A stretch of 64,000 nt of DNA. Source: an uncultured Acidobacteriota bacterium. Its GTDB lineage: Bacteria > Acidobacteriota > Vicinamibacteria > Vicinamibacterales > CAVPJW01. Below are positions 45,403-56,125 of the stretch, piece by piece (position 1 is the stretch's first letter; each line of letters begins with the position of its first letter). The notes under the pieces are model-generated. The model was given only the letters and a program-made list of their open reading frames with translations. It made no database searches and was not told the DNA's origin. The translations under genes were made by a program, and so were the position numbers. Where the stretch lies: contig CAWGYQ010000016.1 of assembly GCA_963826865.1 (NCBI GenBank), positions 14,855-78,854 on the forward strand. Direction: 5' to 3'.

Positions 45403-45940
45403 AGCCAATTCCGTGTACAGCCCCATCGTGAAAACCGTCACGGTCAAGGCGCCGCCCGATCGCGCATTCCGTCGCTTTACTCAGGAGATTGGACTCTGGT
45501 GGCCGCTGGCGTCGCATTCAGTGGGAGAGGCCGACGCCGAAACCGTCACGATCGAAGGACGCGTCGGCGGTCACATCATCGAGAAGATTCGGGGCGGCCG
45601 CGAGGCCGTGTGGGGAACGGTCACCGTGTGGGACCCGCCGCGACACGTGGCCTTTAGCTGGCACCCAGGTCAGGATCCATCAACGGCTCAGGACGTCGAT
45701 GTTCGATTCTCGGCCGTTGACGGCGGTACCCGGGTGGAGCTGCAGCACAGAGGTTTCGAGCGGCTGGGGCGCGAGGCTCGTCGAGCGCGCCGGGGCTATC
45801 CAATCGGCTGGGCGTACGTGCTGGGCCTCTACGCGGAGCGGAAAGGTCCGTTCATGATCGGCATAGGCGGCCTCACGTCCCTGCTCATGGCCGTGCAGCG
45901 CATGCGCGCGAAGGGAAAGAAAGACGAGGTTGCTGCGTAA
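45395..45940 (+). CDS. SRPBCC-superfamily protein (AHSA1/START-like)
   Basis: The ATG at 45395 overlaps the arsR stop by 8 nt. Motifs VTVKAPPDRAFRRFTQEIGLWWP and FSWHPG. The C-terminal tail is hydrophobic. Confidence 0.85.
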   Translation: MTEANSVYSPIVKTVTVKAPPDRAFRRFTQEIGLWWPLASHSVGEADAETVTIEGRVGGHIIEKIRGGREAVWGTVTVWDPPRHVAFSWHPGQDPSTAQDVDVRFSAVDGGTRVELQHRGFERLGREARRARRGYPIGWAYVLGLYAERKGPFMIGIGGLTSLLMAVQRMRAKGKKDEVAA

Positions 45941-45971
45941 TCGGGGAGGTGTGCCGCGGCACGTCCCGGGA

Positions 45972-46763
45972 TCAGCTCGATTCTTTTTCCGGGAACCACG
46001 GCAAGAAGGCGCTGGTGGTCCGCTGATACCGGCGATAGGCGTCACCGCGACTTCGGAGAGCCCGCGCCTCGGTTGCCGGAATGCCGCTCACCCGCGTGAG
46101 AAACAGCAGCATCACGGCCACGCCAATCGGCGTCACCCACCAGAGCGGCGAGCCCACGGCCAGGCAGACATATGCCCACCAGTGAAACCACTCGAAGAAG
46201 TAGTTCGGATGACGGGAGTACCGCCAGAGTCCGTTACGACAGACACGTCCACGATTAGTGGAATCCTCGCGAAAACGCGCCAGCTGCCGATCGGCCGCTG
46301 ATTCGCCGGTCATGGCGAGCAGCCAGCACAACACACCCAGGGAGTCGATCCGGCCGAAGGCCGCGCGCTCGCTCATCGCGGCCGCGAGCATCGGCAGCGC
46401 AAAGACCACGGACCACACCGCCTGACCCTGCAGCGCCACGAAGAGACTTCGCCCGGCAGTCGCGTCTGACCGTTCCAACGATGTCCGGAAGACTTCGTCG
46501 CGTCCATCGAGCCGATGTCGATGCCAGAGGTGAAGCCCGAGGCGTCCCGCCCAGAAAGCCGCCATTGCGGCGACCACGACGCGTCGGGGAGCATAGCCGC
46601 CGGCGGCCCAGGCAAACCAGACTCCGAGGAGTCCCGTGCCGAAGGCCCAGGCGACGTCCACCAATCCAGCCGGATCACGGCGGGATCGGGAGAGACTCCA
46701 GATCGCAGCCATCAACACGGCGACCCCAATCCACCCGGTGACGATTAGAGCGGCGGGCGTCAT
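45972..46763 (-). CDS. DUF1295 / steroid 5-alpha-reductase-like membrane protein
   Basis: Multi-TM protein. Signature: GLWRYSRHPNYFFEWFHWWAY. Confidence 0.85.
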   Translation of the reverse strand: MTPAALIVTGWIGVAVLMAAIWSLSRSRRDPAGLVDVAWAFGTGLLGVWFAWAAGGYAPRRVVVAAMAAFWAGRLGLHLWHRHRLDGRDEVFRTSLERSDATAGRSLFVALQGQAVWSVVFALPMLAAAMSERAAFGRIDSLGVLCWLLAMTGESAADRQLARFREDSTNRGRVCRNGLWRYSRHPNYFFEWFHWWAYVCLAVGSPLWWVTPIGVAVMLLFLTRVSGIPATEARALRSRGDAYRRYQRTTSAFLPWFPEKESS

Positions 46764-46876
46764 GCTTTTGCGGTGATTATGGCTTCGAAGCCGTGGGCCG
46801 GGCTACCGGACACCAGGATGCGCCAGGGAGCACCCTGGAACACATTTGCGGACCAGGGGGAAAAGGCGAGCCGAGC

Positions 46877-49690
46877 CTACCGTGACGGTGTGGACGTCCG
46901 GTTGAGATCGTCGAACCAGGGTGCGACGAGAGTGATGACTCCCGCCCGCTCCTGCGTCTCGTCCGCCGCGGCTGGAAACATCACGAACCGTCGTCCATCG
47001 GCGGACACATCGTAGTCGGCGAAGTTGCTGCCGGCAATCGAGAGCCCGCCGATGCCGCCGCGGAAAGCGCCCGTGACGGCACGGCGGGGCTTGCCGGTGC
47101 GAAGCGTGTCGCCCAGCGCCTCGATTGAGGCCACCATGAGTCCGTCATCGACGCGGTAGAAGAGCTCCTTGCCGTCGCGCGACCAGCGGGGGAAGCCACC
47201 GCCAGCGTCGGAAACTTGCCAGCGGCCTCCGCCCGACGGAAAGGGCCTGATATAGATCTCCGAGCGCCCCGACTCGCTGGAGGTGTAGGCGATCCAGCGG
47301 TTGTCCGGCGACATGGCTCCGTCGGACTCCGAAAATGTGGTGTGGAGAAGTGGCTGCAGTTTGAGCGGAGGAGTGTCCAGCTTGAGGAAACCGAGATCGA
47401 GGTTTCCGACGCTGCTCGTGAAGGTGACGAACTGACCGTTCGCCGACCACGAACTGGCCCAGAGCGGTACATCGCTGGCCGTGAGCGGCTCTTCGTCGCC
47501 CGAGCCATCCGCTCGCTTTCGATACAAATTGTCGCCTGCTCCATGCCGCGGCGAGCTGAAGATCAGGTGACGGCCATCGGGCGACCAGACTTGCTCGGTA
47601 TCCGGCCCGTCATCGAACGTGAGCCGGGTGGACACGCCGCGCTGCAGGTCGTACACCCAGATATCCCAGTTGTTGTCCGTCAGCATCGTCAACGCGAGCT
47701 GCGTGCCATCCGGCGAGAGACGCGGATTGGAGTAGGTGGCCCGCTCGTCCAGCAAACGCGACGAGTTGCTGTCGCGATCGACCCACACCACGGGATACTT
47801 CGGCACGAGCAGACCGCCGCGAACGTAAGTGAGAATGCCGCTCTGAGAGAAGGAGAGCTGAGCGGAGCCCTCGGATGGATTCCAGGTGACGTTCTGGACG
47901 ACGGGCGCCGGAGTGCCGGTGACCTCGAGACGGCCGATGTCAAACGGCACGGCGAACAGCGTGCCCTTGTTGACGTAGATCAGATGACCGGACGGTACGT
48001 AACGTCCGAATGCTCCGCCGCGCTGCACGACCTTCCGCTCGCCCGTCGCCAGCACGACGGCCTCGATGCTGGCATTGTCGAAATCGCCTGTCGCTTTGAC
48101 GTGCGATGTGAAGAGCGCCGTTTTTCCATCCGGAAGCACCTGCGGCCAACGATGCGTCACTTCCTTTTTTTCCGGGTCGAGCTTCGTCAGCGGCTTGGGC
48201 TCACCGCCGGCTCCGGGCACGACGAACAGCGCGCTGTCAGGGCTTGGCGTGAAGACAATGGTGTCGTCGGGTCCCCAGGACGCCCCCCGGCTTCGACTGA
48301 CCTTGCAGAGTGTGAGGGGCGTACCGCCGGAGACCGGCACCTTTCTCATCTCCGTCGAGCTCACATATCCAATCCACTTTCCATCCGGTGAGAAGAACGG
48401 GTGGTACGGCGAGCCCGTGGAGCCCCCGCCTTCAGTCAGCTTCGTGCCGTCGAGCTGATCGAGAGCCCGCACGTAGAGCTGACGCCGTTCATCGGTTCCA
48501 ACGGCGTAGGCAATGAAGCTACCGTCCGGGGAAATATCGAAGGCGGGTCCCAGTTGAGTCCACAGCCGATCGCTCGTGAGCTTGACGTCCACGCGCAGTG
48601 GCGGTGCCGACTGAACAGTCGGCCGGCGCAGGACGCCGCCCATGGCAATCGCTGCGACTGCCACGCAGGCGGCCGCGCCGAACAGGAGCCACGGGAGAAG
48701 ATTCGCGCGGGAACGGCCGGCACGGGCAGTTGCCGCCGTCGTCGGCCGCGGAGCAGCCGATGGATTGGCGAGATACTCCTCGAGCGTGATACGCGCCTCA
48801 CCGATGTCTCTCAGCCGCTTCTTGCGATCGCGCTCGAGAGAGCGCTCGAGCAACCTGCGGATGGCAGGCGGGGTCGTTCGAGGCAGGCGGCTCCAATCGA
48901 TCTCGCTCCGGAGGACGTCCGCCAGCGTGTGCGAAACGCTCTCCCCGGTGAACAGACGCTGACCGGTCAACATCTCGAAGAGCACGACGCCGAACGACCA
49001 GACGTCGGCACGCTTGTCCGCGGGCATCCCGGCCGCCTGTTCGGGACTCATGTAGGCGGCCGTTCCGAGAATGATGCCGGCCCTGGTTGCCGCAAGGCTC
49101 AGCGTCGGCGACTGATCCGCCGCCGACGTCGCCGTGCTCGTGCTTTCGAGCGCCTTTGCGAGACCGAAGTCGAGCACCTTGGCCTGGCCGTCTGGAGTCA
49201 GCTTGATATTCGCCGGCTTCAAATCGCGATGGACGATGCCCTTTTCGTGCGCGGCTTCGAGCGCCGTGGCAATCTGCAGGGCGAGCCGGGCCGCTTCGTC
49301 GACCGGAATGGGACCGCGACGCAGCCGCTCGGCCAGGTCTTCTCCTTCCACCAGCTCCATCACCAGAGCATGGCGTCCGCTCGACTCCTCGAGCCCGTAG
49401 ATCCCCGCGATGTTGGGATGACTCAGCGAGGCGAGGACCTGCGCTTCGCGGTGGAAGCGCGCCATCCGGTCGAGGTCGCTTGCCAGGTGGTCCGGCAGAA
49501 TCTTCAGGGCGACTTGTCGATTGAGGCGGGAGTCGGTCGCCTTGAAGACCTCTCCCATGCCACCGGCCCCGATCTTGTCGGTGACGCGGTAGTGCGCGAG
49601 CGTTTCACCGATCACGGGCGGCGCGCTATCGTATGTGTACCGTTCAAGCTCATCAGGACATTCTAGTTCGCCGCGCTCCGCCAAGTCCAT
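46877..49690 (-). CDS. Ser/Thr protein kinase with a TM segment and a C-terminal TolB-like (PD40) beta-propeller
   Basis: Kinase motifs: [21 protein letters not shown] and DFGLAK. A TM helix ([23 protein letters not shown]) is followed by many SPDG-containing PD40-type repeats. Confidence 0.9.
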   Translation of the reverse strand: MDLAERGELECPDELERYTYDSAPPVIGETLAHYRVTDKIGAGGMGEVFKATDSRLNRQVALKILPDHLASDLDRMARFHREAQVLASLSHPNIAGIYGLEESSGRHALVMELVEGEDLAERLRRGPIPVDEAARLALQIATALEAAHEKGIVHRDLKPANIKLTPDGQAKVLDFGLAKALESTSTATSAADQSPTLSLAATRAGIILGTAAYMSPEQAAGMPADKRADVWSFGVVLFEMLTGQRLFTGESVSHTLADVLRSEIDWSRLPRTTPPAIRRLLERSLERDRKKRLRDIGEARITLEEYLANPSAAPRPTTAATARAGRSRANLLPWLLFGAAACVAVAAIAMGGVLRRPTVQSAPPLRVDVKLTSDRLWTQLGPAFDISPDGSFIAYAVGTDERRQLYVRALDQLDGTKLTEGGGSTGSPYHPFFSPDGKWIGYVSSTEMRKVPVSGGTPLTLCKVSRSRGASWGPDDTIVFTPSPDSALFVVPGAGGEPKPLTKLDPEKKEVTHRWPQVLPDGKTALFTSHVKATGDFDNASIEAVVLATGERKVVQRGGAFGRYVPSGHLIYVNKGTLFAVPFDIGRLEVTGTPAPVVQNVTWNPSEGSAQLSFSQSGILTYVRGGLLVPKYPVVWVDRDSNSSRLLDERATYSNPRLSPDGTQLALTMLTDNNWDIWVYDLQRGVSTRLTFDDGPDTEQVWSPDGRHLIFSSPRHGAGDNLYRKRADGSGDEEPLTASDVPLWASSWSANGQFVTFTSSVGNLDLGFLKLDTPPLKLQPLLHTTFSESDGAMSPDNRWIAYTSSESGRSEIYIRPFPSGGGRWQVSDAGGGFPRWSRDGKELFYRVDDGLMVASIEALGDTLRTGKPRRAVTGAFRGGIGGLSIAGSNFADYDVSADGRRFVMFPAAADETQERAGVITLVAPWFDDLNRTSTPSR

Positions 49691-49752
49691 GCAGGCGCAG
49701 CGTCCGTCCTGCTCGAGACGCCGCCGGCCCCGTCGATCCGCTGTTTGTCCCG

Positions 49753-50673
49753 CTACTGCTGTTCCACCTTGTAGCCCTTCGACGCCAGCATGCTGACCAG
49801 TCCTTCAGGCCCGACCAGGTGGGCGGCGCCCACCACGACGAAACATGGGGGAGTCGACGTGAAGCAGCGTTCAACCGTGGGGAGCCACTGTCGGTTTCGC
49901 TCGGTCAGCAGGCGGTCGTAGATTTCAGGCGACTGCCGGACGTCGTTGACCAGGATCGACTCGAGCATCGTCGTATCGCCGACCGCCCAGCTGTCGGCCA
50001 GCCGTTTCGCATTCTGCCGCTGCCGGTCGATGTCGTTCAGCGTTTCGAGCAGCATCTCCTCCTGCAGCCTCGCGGGCAGACCATCGAAGCGCTCTATCTG
50101 AAATGCCGCAGTCTCCAAACCGATCACGGACTTGCCAGCGGTTCTGGCCTTGTCGAAGAAGTGGCGATCCACTCCTAGGCTGGGATCGAAGCCCGCCTTC
50201 CTCAGCTCGATGCCGAGGAGCGTCACGGCCACGATCCACGGCTTCATCCGCTTGAGCGCCGCGACGGGCAGGCCGGCCTCGGTCGCGCGGCTCTCGATGA
50301 TTGAGACCGTCTCGCTCGACACCACGGTCTCGATAGTCGCCGTACCGGGAAGCGTCGCTCGCTCCATGATGAGCGCCAGGGTCGCGGGAGACTCCAGCTC
50401 GGCGAGGTCGACTTCCTCCACCAGAATCGTCGACTCTTCGAACGCCGCGGTGATGACGGGAGGCAGCGGATAGTAGTCGGCCGTCAGCACGTGCAGCGAT
50501 CCCATCAGGTACCCGACGTGCCTACCGGCGCTGTCGGTGACCTTCCAGAGAAAGTGCCTGGCCCCGTGCGCAGCCAGCCCTGGTGTGCCCGCAACTGCGC
50601 ACAGTATGGCTGCGGCGAGCACGACGACCTTCGCGCGCAGGATTCGTGAGCCGTTCAGCATCCGTAACGCCAT
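49753..50673 (-). CDS. TraB/GumN-family protein, exported
   Basis: Motifs HFLWKVTD...GYLMGSLHVL and VVVGAAHLVG. Confidence 0.85.
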   Translation of the reverse strand: MALRMLNGSRILRAKVVVLAAAILCAVAGTPGLAAHGARHFLWKVTDSAGRHVGYLMGSLHVLTADYYPLPPVITAAFEESTILVEEVDLAELESPATLALIMERATLPGTATIETVVSSETVSIIESRATEAGLPVAALKRMKPWIVAVTLLGIELRKAGFDPSLGVDRHFFDKARTAGKSVIGLETAAFQIERFDGLPARLQEEMLLETLNDIDRQRQNAKRLADSWAVGDTTMLESILVNDVRQSPEIYDRLLTERNRQWLPTVERCFTSTPPCFVVVGAAHLVGPEGLVSMLASKGYKVEQQ

Positions 50674-50805
50674 CGGTGATGGTATCGGTCCACCCGATCA
50701 TAGACGCGAGATCGACCGATCGGTGGGAGGATCGCCCCGGGAGGCTCGATCGCAAATCCCACGAGACCATTGACACTGGGCGAGCGCCGCGATAAGACCA
50801 GACGC

Positions 50806-51390
50806 GTGAAGCCCTGTGCACCGTGTTTCGCACTCGTGATCGCGGTGTCCACTCAGGCGGCGGTCTGCCAGACCGGCCGCGAACCGTCTCTTGACGCTCC
50901 GTATTTGCGGGTGGCACTCGGGACGAAACAAGGCCCCGGTGCTGACGTGCAGCACGTGATTTCCGGCGATCGCTTCGGGCTCGTTCGATTGCACGACGGA
51001 CCAATCACGACGGTCCACAGCGTCGAAGCTGGCTCTGCCGTGGAAACCTTCAAACAGGCGCTGGGCGCTGTGAAACGTCCGATCGTTGGCGACGAAGTGC
51101 GGGTCTATTTGCCGCTCCCCTCCGAGGACCTCGTTGGCGCGTTCCTCGATGTCGTGTTTTTCGCGGATCGGAACGCCAATGGGCGTCTGGATGAGGGTGA
51201 GTCCTACGCGAGCGCGTGGACCGGGGCCAAGGGCACCTACCGCGCGGTATTTCTCGCCGCGCCGCGAGCCGATCTGATCGGCTCGGGCGCGGGCTGGAAT
51301 CTCTGCGAGGGCGGCGAGCCCGTCGTGTGCACGCCGGATCTCGCCGCGCAGGTGGTCATCGTCAACCCGGTGAGGGTGGCCGTCCCTTAG
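50806..51390 (+). CDS. Hypothetical exported protein
   Basis: ORF 50770..51390 starts at a TTG. An in-frame GTG at 50806 gives VKPCAPCFALVIAVSTQAAVCQ. Third-codon-position GC bias and sensible composition favour this strand over the antisense 425-aa ORF. I recognise no family. Confidence 0.5.
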   Translation: MKPCAPCFALVIAVSTQAAVCQTGREPSLDAPYLRVALGTKQGPGADVQHVISGDRFGLVRLHDGPITTVHSVEAGSAVETFKQALGAVKRPIVGDEVRVYLPLPSEDLVGAFLDVVFFADRNANGRLDEGESYASAWTGAKGTYRAVFLAAPRADLIGSGAGWNLCEGGEPVVCTPDLAAQVVIVNPVRVAVP

Positions 51391-52514
51391 TCCGTCATCT
51401 GACCAGTCAAGAGCGGCTCGAGCGGCACCATCTCGGGTCCCTTCTCCGTGCACACGGCATACTGACTTCGCTCGTTGGCGTACATCGTCACGCCGGCATG
51501 CTCGCCCTTGGCGTTCAAGATGTAGAAGTTGATCCCGAAGCGCGGCTCGCCCCGGCTGTTGAGCAGCCGCTTCTCGATCGTGTTGGCCTTGATCCGTTTC
51601 AGGCCTTCCATCCCCGCATCCTTGGGATGCATGCCCCGCCGCATGCTCTCGACGATCAAGTACGACGTGAGATTGTAAAGGTTCGCCTCGCCACGTCCCG
51701 TGGATCCGGCGGCTCCGACGTCGCCATCGACGTAAAGGCCGGCGCCGAGAATCGGTGAGTCGCCCGCTCGCCCTGGGATCTTGAACGCCAGGCCGCTGGT
51801 GGTCGTGACACCGCAGATCTCGCCCTTCGGGCTGATGCCGTCGCAGTTGATCGTGCCCCAGATCGACTCGGGATCGAGCAGTCCTTCCGCGGCCATGCGC
51901 AGCACGACATCGAACCCGGCCTGCACGCGCTTGTCGGGATCGAGATAGTGGTCGGGGTCGATGCGCCGCTTCCATTCAAGCCAGCGCTGGCGCGATCGCT
52001 CCGTATTCAGATCGTCCTCGATCTTGAATCCCATGTTGCGCGCGAAGTCCTGCGCGCCTTTTCCAACCAAGAGGTGGTGGTCGGTCTCGTGCATCACGAT
52101 CCGCGCGACGCTCGCGGGCGTGCGGACGCCCTCGATGGCGGCAACGCCGCCGGCGCGCTTCTTCGGTCCGTGCATGCAGCAGGCGTCGAGCTGTACGACG
52201 CCTTCGGCGTTCGGGGTCCCGCCGTAACCGACGCCACCTTCTTCAGGATCGAGCTCATTGATGTTGACGCCGGCGATGAGCGCGTCGAGCACGTCCGAGC
52301 CGCTCGTGATCATGCTGAACGCCTTTTCGACGCACGTGACGGGTCCGCCGTTCTTGAACCGATGCCCGTTACCCGACGCGACGACGATCGGCCTGACCGA
52401 TCTCGGCGTCATCATTGTCGGGGCCTGGGCGAACGCCGAACGCGCGGCGGCCGATGCCAGCCCGGCGGCGGTGCCCGTTCTGACGAATTCGCGGCGGTTG
52501 ATCCTTCTGGCCAT
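51387..52514 (-). CDS. Ntn-hydrolase of the Asparaginase_2 family (glycosylasparaginase / isoaspartyl peptidase), Tat-exported
   Basis: Tat signal: MARRINRREFVRTGTAAGLASAAARSAFA. Family block: GDSPILGAGLYVDGDVGAAGSTGRGE. AGGAGGGA precedes the start. Confidence 0.88.
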   Translation of the reverse strand: MARRINRREFVRTGTAAGLASAAARSAFAQAPTMMTPRSVRPIVVASGNGHRFKNGGPVTCVEKAFSMITSGSDVLDALIAGVNINELDPEEGGVGYGGTPNAEGVVQLDACCMHGPKKRAGGVAAIEGVRTPASVARIVMHETDHHLLVGKGAQDFARNMGFKIEDDLNTERSRQRWLEWKRRIDPDHYLDPDKRVQAGFDVVLRMAAEGLLDPESIWGTINCDGISPKGEICGVTTTSGLAFKIPGRAGDSPILGAGLYVDGDVGAAGSTGRGEANLYNLTSYLIVESMRRGMHPKDAGMEGLKRIKANTIEKRLLNSRGEPRFGINFYILNAKGEHAGVTMYANERSQYAVCTEKGPEMVPLEPLLTGQMTD

Positions 52515-52626
52515 CGTGTCCCTCCTGCCCGGGTCTGAACGCCCGACCTCGTGTCCGCGGATTGTAGCACCGGCACGAGGAGGGGACGGCGCGCCAGTCT
52601 GATATGCTCAGCCCCCGCAGCGAACC

Positions 52627-53376
52627 ATGAAAGGCCTCCTGAACAAGCGCGTGCTGATCACCGGCGGTGCCAGTGGCATTGGTGCCGCCACGGCCGCGCG
52701 CTTCGTCGAGGAGGGCGCGCGGGTCGTCGTGCTGGATCGGGATGCGGAGGCCTGCCGACAGATCGAGAGTCGATTGCCGGCCCTGGCAGCCACGATCGTC
52801 GGCGATGTGTCCGACACCGATTCCGTGGCCCGTGCCTTCGATGAGCTCGACCACGGCCTGGGCGGCGTCGATGTCGTCATCAACAACGCCGGCATCAGTA
52901 TCCGGCACGCCTTCGCCGACATCACGCCCGCCGAATGGCAATGCGTCATGGCCACCAATCTCACGGGCGTGTTCCTCGTCGCGCAGCAAGCGGCCCGGCG
53001 GATGGTCGGCGTCGGTGGCGTCATCCTGAACATGGGCTCGACCAACGGCATCATGGGCTATCCGTGGTACGCGGATTACAACGCGTCGAAAGCCGGTGTC
53101 ATCGAGCTCACTCGATCGATGGCGCTCGAGCTTGCGCCCCACGTCCGCGTCAACGTGATTTGTCCTGGCTACGTCATGACCCCCATGCAGGAAGCTGAGT
53201 ACACGCCTGACATGATCGAGTCCGTCAACCGGAAGATTCCGCTCGGCCGGCACGGCAAGCCAGAGGAGGTGGCGGCGCTCTTTGCGTTTCTGGCGTCGGA
53301 CGACGCCTCCTTCATCACCGGACACTGCTACGTGATCGACGGGGGAGAGACCACGGGCGGATTAGCGAGCCGATAA
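52627..53376 (+). CDS. SDR-family oxidoreductase
   Basis: Motifs TGGASGIGAATA, NNAG and YNASKAG. Confidence 0.9.
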   Translation: MKGLLNKRVLITGGASGIGAATAARFVEEGARVVVLDRDAEACRQIESRLPALAATIVGDVSDTDSVARAFDELDHGLGGVDVVINNAGISIRHAFADITPAEWQCVMATNLTGVFLVAQQAARRMVGVGGVILNMGSTNGIMGYPWYADYNASKAGVIELTRSMALELAPHVRVNVICPGYVMTPMQEAEYTPDMIESVNRKIPLGRHGKPEEVAALFAFLASDDASFITGHCYVIDGGETTGGLASR

Positions 53377-53384
53377 CGCCGGCC

Positions 53385-54470
53385 ATGTTTGCACGCGCTC
53401 AATATCTCGAATGGGCGAAGTCCCGCCGGATTCCGGCGAACGATCTGGCCGGCAGCAATCTCTTGCACTGCGCGGTTGACGAGGTGCCCGGCGCTCGAGC
53501 CGCGCTGTCGTTTGCCGGGCCCAATGAGTACGGGTACGGTCCCCTCGTCGAAGCCCTTGCGGGCCACTACGGGGTGACGTCCAATCGCGTCGTGCTCGCG
53601 GGTGGGACCTCGGGCGCGAATTTTCTCGTCTTTGCCGGCTTGCTCGGTTCCGGTGACGAAGTCCTGGTCGAGCGACCTGGATACGATCCGCTGATTGCTG
53701 CCGCCGAGGCGGTTGGCGCTCGTGTACGCCGGGTGGACCGGATCTTCGACGAGGGCTGGCAGATTGACGTCTCGCGCATCGAACGCGCGCTGACACCGGC
53801 GACGCGCCTGATTGTCCTGACCAATCCGCACAATCCGACGGGGGCGTTTGCCGATCCCGCGCTCGTGGAGACCATCGGGAAGCTCGCCGAGCGTGCAGGC
53901 GTCAGGGTGCTCGTCGACGAGGTCTATTTGGACATCGTCTTCGAGAGGCCGCGAGCCGCCGCCGCAACGCTCAGCGACGCCTGCATTTCTACTGGCAGCC
54001 TGACCAAGGCGTATGGTTTGAACGCGCTCAGATGCGGGTGGATCGTGGCCGCTCCCGATGTCGCCGAGCGGCTGCGTCAGATGAGGGGCGTGGTGGACGG
54101 CGTGGGCTCGGCGGTGCTCGAACGGCTGGCGGCGATCGCGGTGGGTGATTTGCGGCATTATGCCGCGCGGGCCAGGGAGATTGTGGTGCCCAACGCGGCG
54201 CTCGTCCGCGAATTCATGGCGAGTCGCGCCGATCTCGAGTGGGTGCCGCCCCCAGGCGCATCGCTGGCCTTTCCGCGCCTGCGGGGCGTCGCCGACGCCG
54301 GACCGTTCGTCGAGCGGCTGATGGCCGACTACGACACGGCGACCGTACCCGGCCGCTTTTTCGACGCGCCCGCGCATTTCCGCATTGCTTACGGCGGCCG
54401 GCGCGATACGCTCGAACGAGGGCTTGCGGCGATCGGGCGGGCCCTCGACGACGGGGCAGCCACACCATGA
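53385..54470 (+). CDS. Class I/II PLP-dependent aminotransferase
   Basis: 361 aa. Motifs LTNPHNPTG and SLTKAYGLNALRCGW (PLP-lysine context). Confidence 0.85.
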   Translation: MFARAQYLEWAKSRRIPANDLAGSNLLHCAVDEVPGARAALSFAGPNEYGYGPLVEALAGHYGVTSNRVVLAGGTSGANFLVFAGLLGSGDEVLVERPGYDPLIAAAEAVGARVRRVDRIFDEGWQIDVSRIERALTPATRLIVLTNPHNPTGAFADPALVETIGKLAERAGVRVLVDEVYLDIVFERPRAAAATLSDACISTGSLTKAYGLNALRCGWIVAAPDVAERLRQMRGVVDGVGSAVLERLAAIAVGDLRHYAARAREIVVPNAALVREFMASRADLEWVPPPGASLAFPRLRGVADAGPFVERLMADYDTATVPGRFFDAPAHFRIAYGGRRDTLERGLAAIGRALDDGAATP

Positions 54471-54949
54471 TGCTCGAGGCAACCATCGTCCGCTGTCCAT
54501 CGTGCGGCGCGAACAACCGCGTTCGTCGAGAGACGCAAACAACCGGCGCGAGATTCCGTTGCGGACGGTGCAAAACCGAGCTGACCGCGAATGCGGTGCC
54601 GTCGGCGGAACCGGTTCATCTGACCGATGCCACGTTGTCAATCGATGTGGACGCTTCTCCGATTCCGGTGCTGATCGATCTCTGGGCCGAGTGGTGCGGC
54701 CCGTGCCGGATGCTTGCACCGACGATCGAGCAGCTGGCGCGGGAGCTCACCGGACGCGTCAAGGTGGGAAAACTGAACGTGGACGAGAACCCACGCGGGG
54801 CGGCGCGGTTCGGCGCACACAGCATTCCGACACTCGTCCTCGTGGCCAACGGCAAAGAGGTGGATCGCCTCGTCGGACTTCTGCCAAAACTGGAGATTCA
54901 GCGCTGGCTCGAACAGAATCTCGCGCGGGTACCGCTATCCCGAAGTTAG
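54467..54949 (+). CDS. trxC: Thioredoxin 2-type thioredoxin (N-terminal zinc-ribbon plus WCGPC)
   Basis: ATGA overlap with the aminotransferase stop. Motifs: CPSCGANN...RCGRCK and WAEWCGPCRMLAP. Confidence 0.9.
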   Translation: MMLEATIVRCPSCGANNRVRRETQTTGARFRCGRCKTELTANAVPSAEPVHLTDATLSIDVDASPIPVLIDLWAEWCGPCRMLAPTIEQLARELTGRVKVGKLNVDENPRGAARFGAHSIPTLVLVANGKEVDRLVGLLPKLEIQRWLEQNLARVPLSRS

Positions 54950-56125
54950 CCGCTTGCGCGCAAGCAGAACGTCCGTCTCATCTCCCAGCAGGTACAGCAG
55001 GTCGCCGGCTTGAAGTGGCAGATCCGCGGGCGGGGATGTCATGTAACGGCCGCCTCTCTTGATGGCCACAACCAGCGCTCCCGTTTCTGAGTGCAGGTTC
55101 AGTTCGGCGAGTGTCCGGCCCATCGCCCAGTCCCCTTCCGAGAGCTGAATGGTCGTAATGGGTGCACGGGCAATCGCTTCGGGAAGCGCCCCGAACTCGG
55201 TGGCCACGAGGTGGGTGGCACGCGCGCCGCCCGAATCGCCGCGAAACCGCTCCACCAGCACCTCAACGACGTTGCCCGGAATATCGAGCCGCATCAGCAG
55301 CTTCCCGAGCGCCTCGAGGGAGGCCTCGATCTCCTCGGCTATCGCCACGGTGGCGCCAGCCTTGACGATCCGACTGGCCTCGGAGCGGTAGCGTGTGCGA
55401 ACGATGATCGGCACGCTCGGTGCCAGAGAACGAATCAGCTTCACCGACCGCGTCGCAGCGGCTGGATCGCTCAACACGAGAATCACGGCGCTGGCCCGAT
55501 CAACACCCGCCGCCTGCATCGCATCGGTGCTGGTGGCATCGCCGTAGATGATCGGCTCACCGGCCGCCTTCATCGTGCGGACGGTGTCGCCGTTGAGCTC
55601 GATGATCAAATAGAGGATGTCCAGCTCGCGGAGCGCCCTGGCGAAGAGCCGCCCACCGACACCGAAACCCACGATCACCACATGATCGGTGAGGCGGGAC
55701 ATCCCGTCGGCGCCGGACCCGGTGGCGGCGCTCGAGCGGCTCAGCCGCCGAGCGAGCCAGCTTCCGGCCGTCGGCGCCACTTCGACCAGGAGCGGCGTGG
55801 CGAGCATGGTTGCGATGCTGGCCACGAGCAGGCTCTGCCAGGCGTCCGCGCTCAGCAGCCCCGCTTCGAGACCCGCACGCCCGAGAATGAACGAAAACTC
55901 TCCCACCTGCGACAGACCGATCGCGGCTGTGATGGCCACGCGCAACGGCGTGGCCGACAACAGCAGCGCCCCGGTCGCTCCGAGCGTCTTGGCAATCAGC
56001 ACGGCGACCGCAATGGCCAGGACGAATGGCAGGTGGGTCACGAAGAACCGCAGGTCCACCAGCATGCCGAGCGAAATGAAGAAGAGGCCCGCCAGGATGT
56101 CGCGCAGCGGCCTGTACTTCCGCAT
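54935..56125 (-). CDS. Kef-type antiporter, C-terminal fragment
   Basis: From ORF 54935..56224, with the first sensible Met at 56125. Blocks: RPLRDILAGLFFISLGML, the TrkA-N Rossmann motif HVVIVGFGVGG, and a C-terminal TrkA-C region (ITTIQLSEGDWAMGRTLAELNL). Confidence 0.75.
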   Translation of the reverse strand: MRKYRPLRDILAGLFFISLGMLVDLRFFVTHLPFVLAIAVAVLIAKTLGATGALLLSATPLRVAITAAIGLSQVGEFSFILGRAGLEAGLLSADAWQSLLVASIATMLATPLLVEVAPTAGSWLARRLSRSSAATGSGADGMSRLTDHVVIVGFGVGGRLFARALRELDILYLIIELNGDTVRTMKAAGEPIIYGDATSTDAMQAAGVDRASAVILVLSDPAAATRSVKLIRSLAPSVPIIVRTRYRSEASRIVKAGATVAIAEEIEASLEALGKLLMRLDIPGNVVEVLVERFRGDSGGARATHLVATEFGALPEAIARAPITTIQLSEGDWAMGRTLAELNLHSETGALVVAIKRGGRYMTSPPADLPLQAGDLLYLLGDETDVLLARKRLTSG

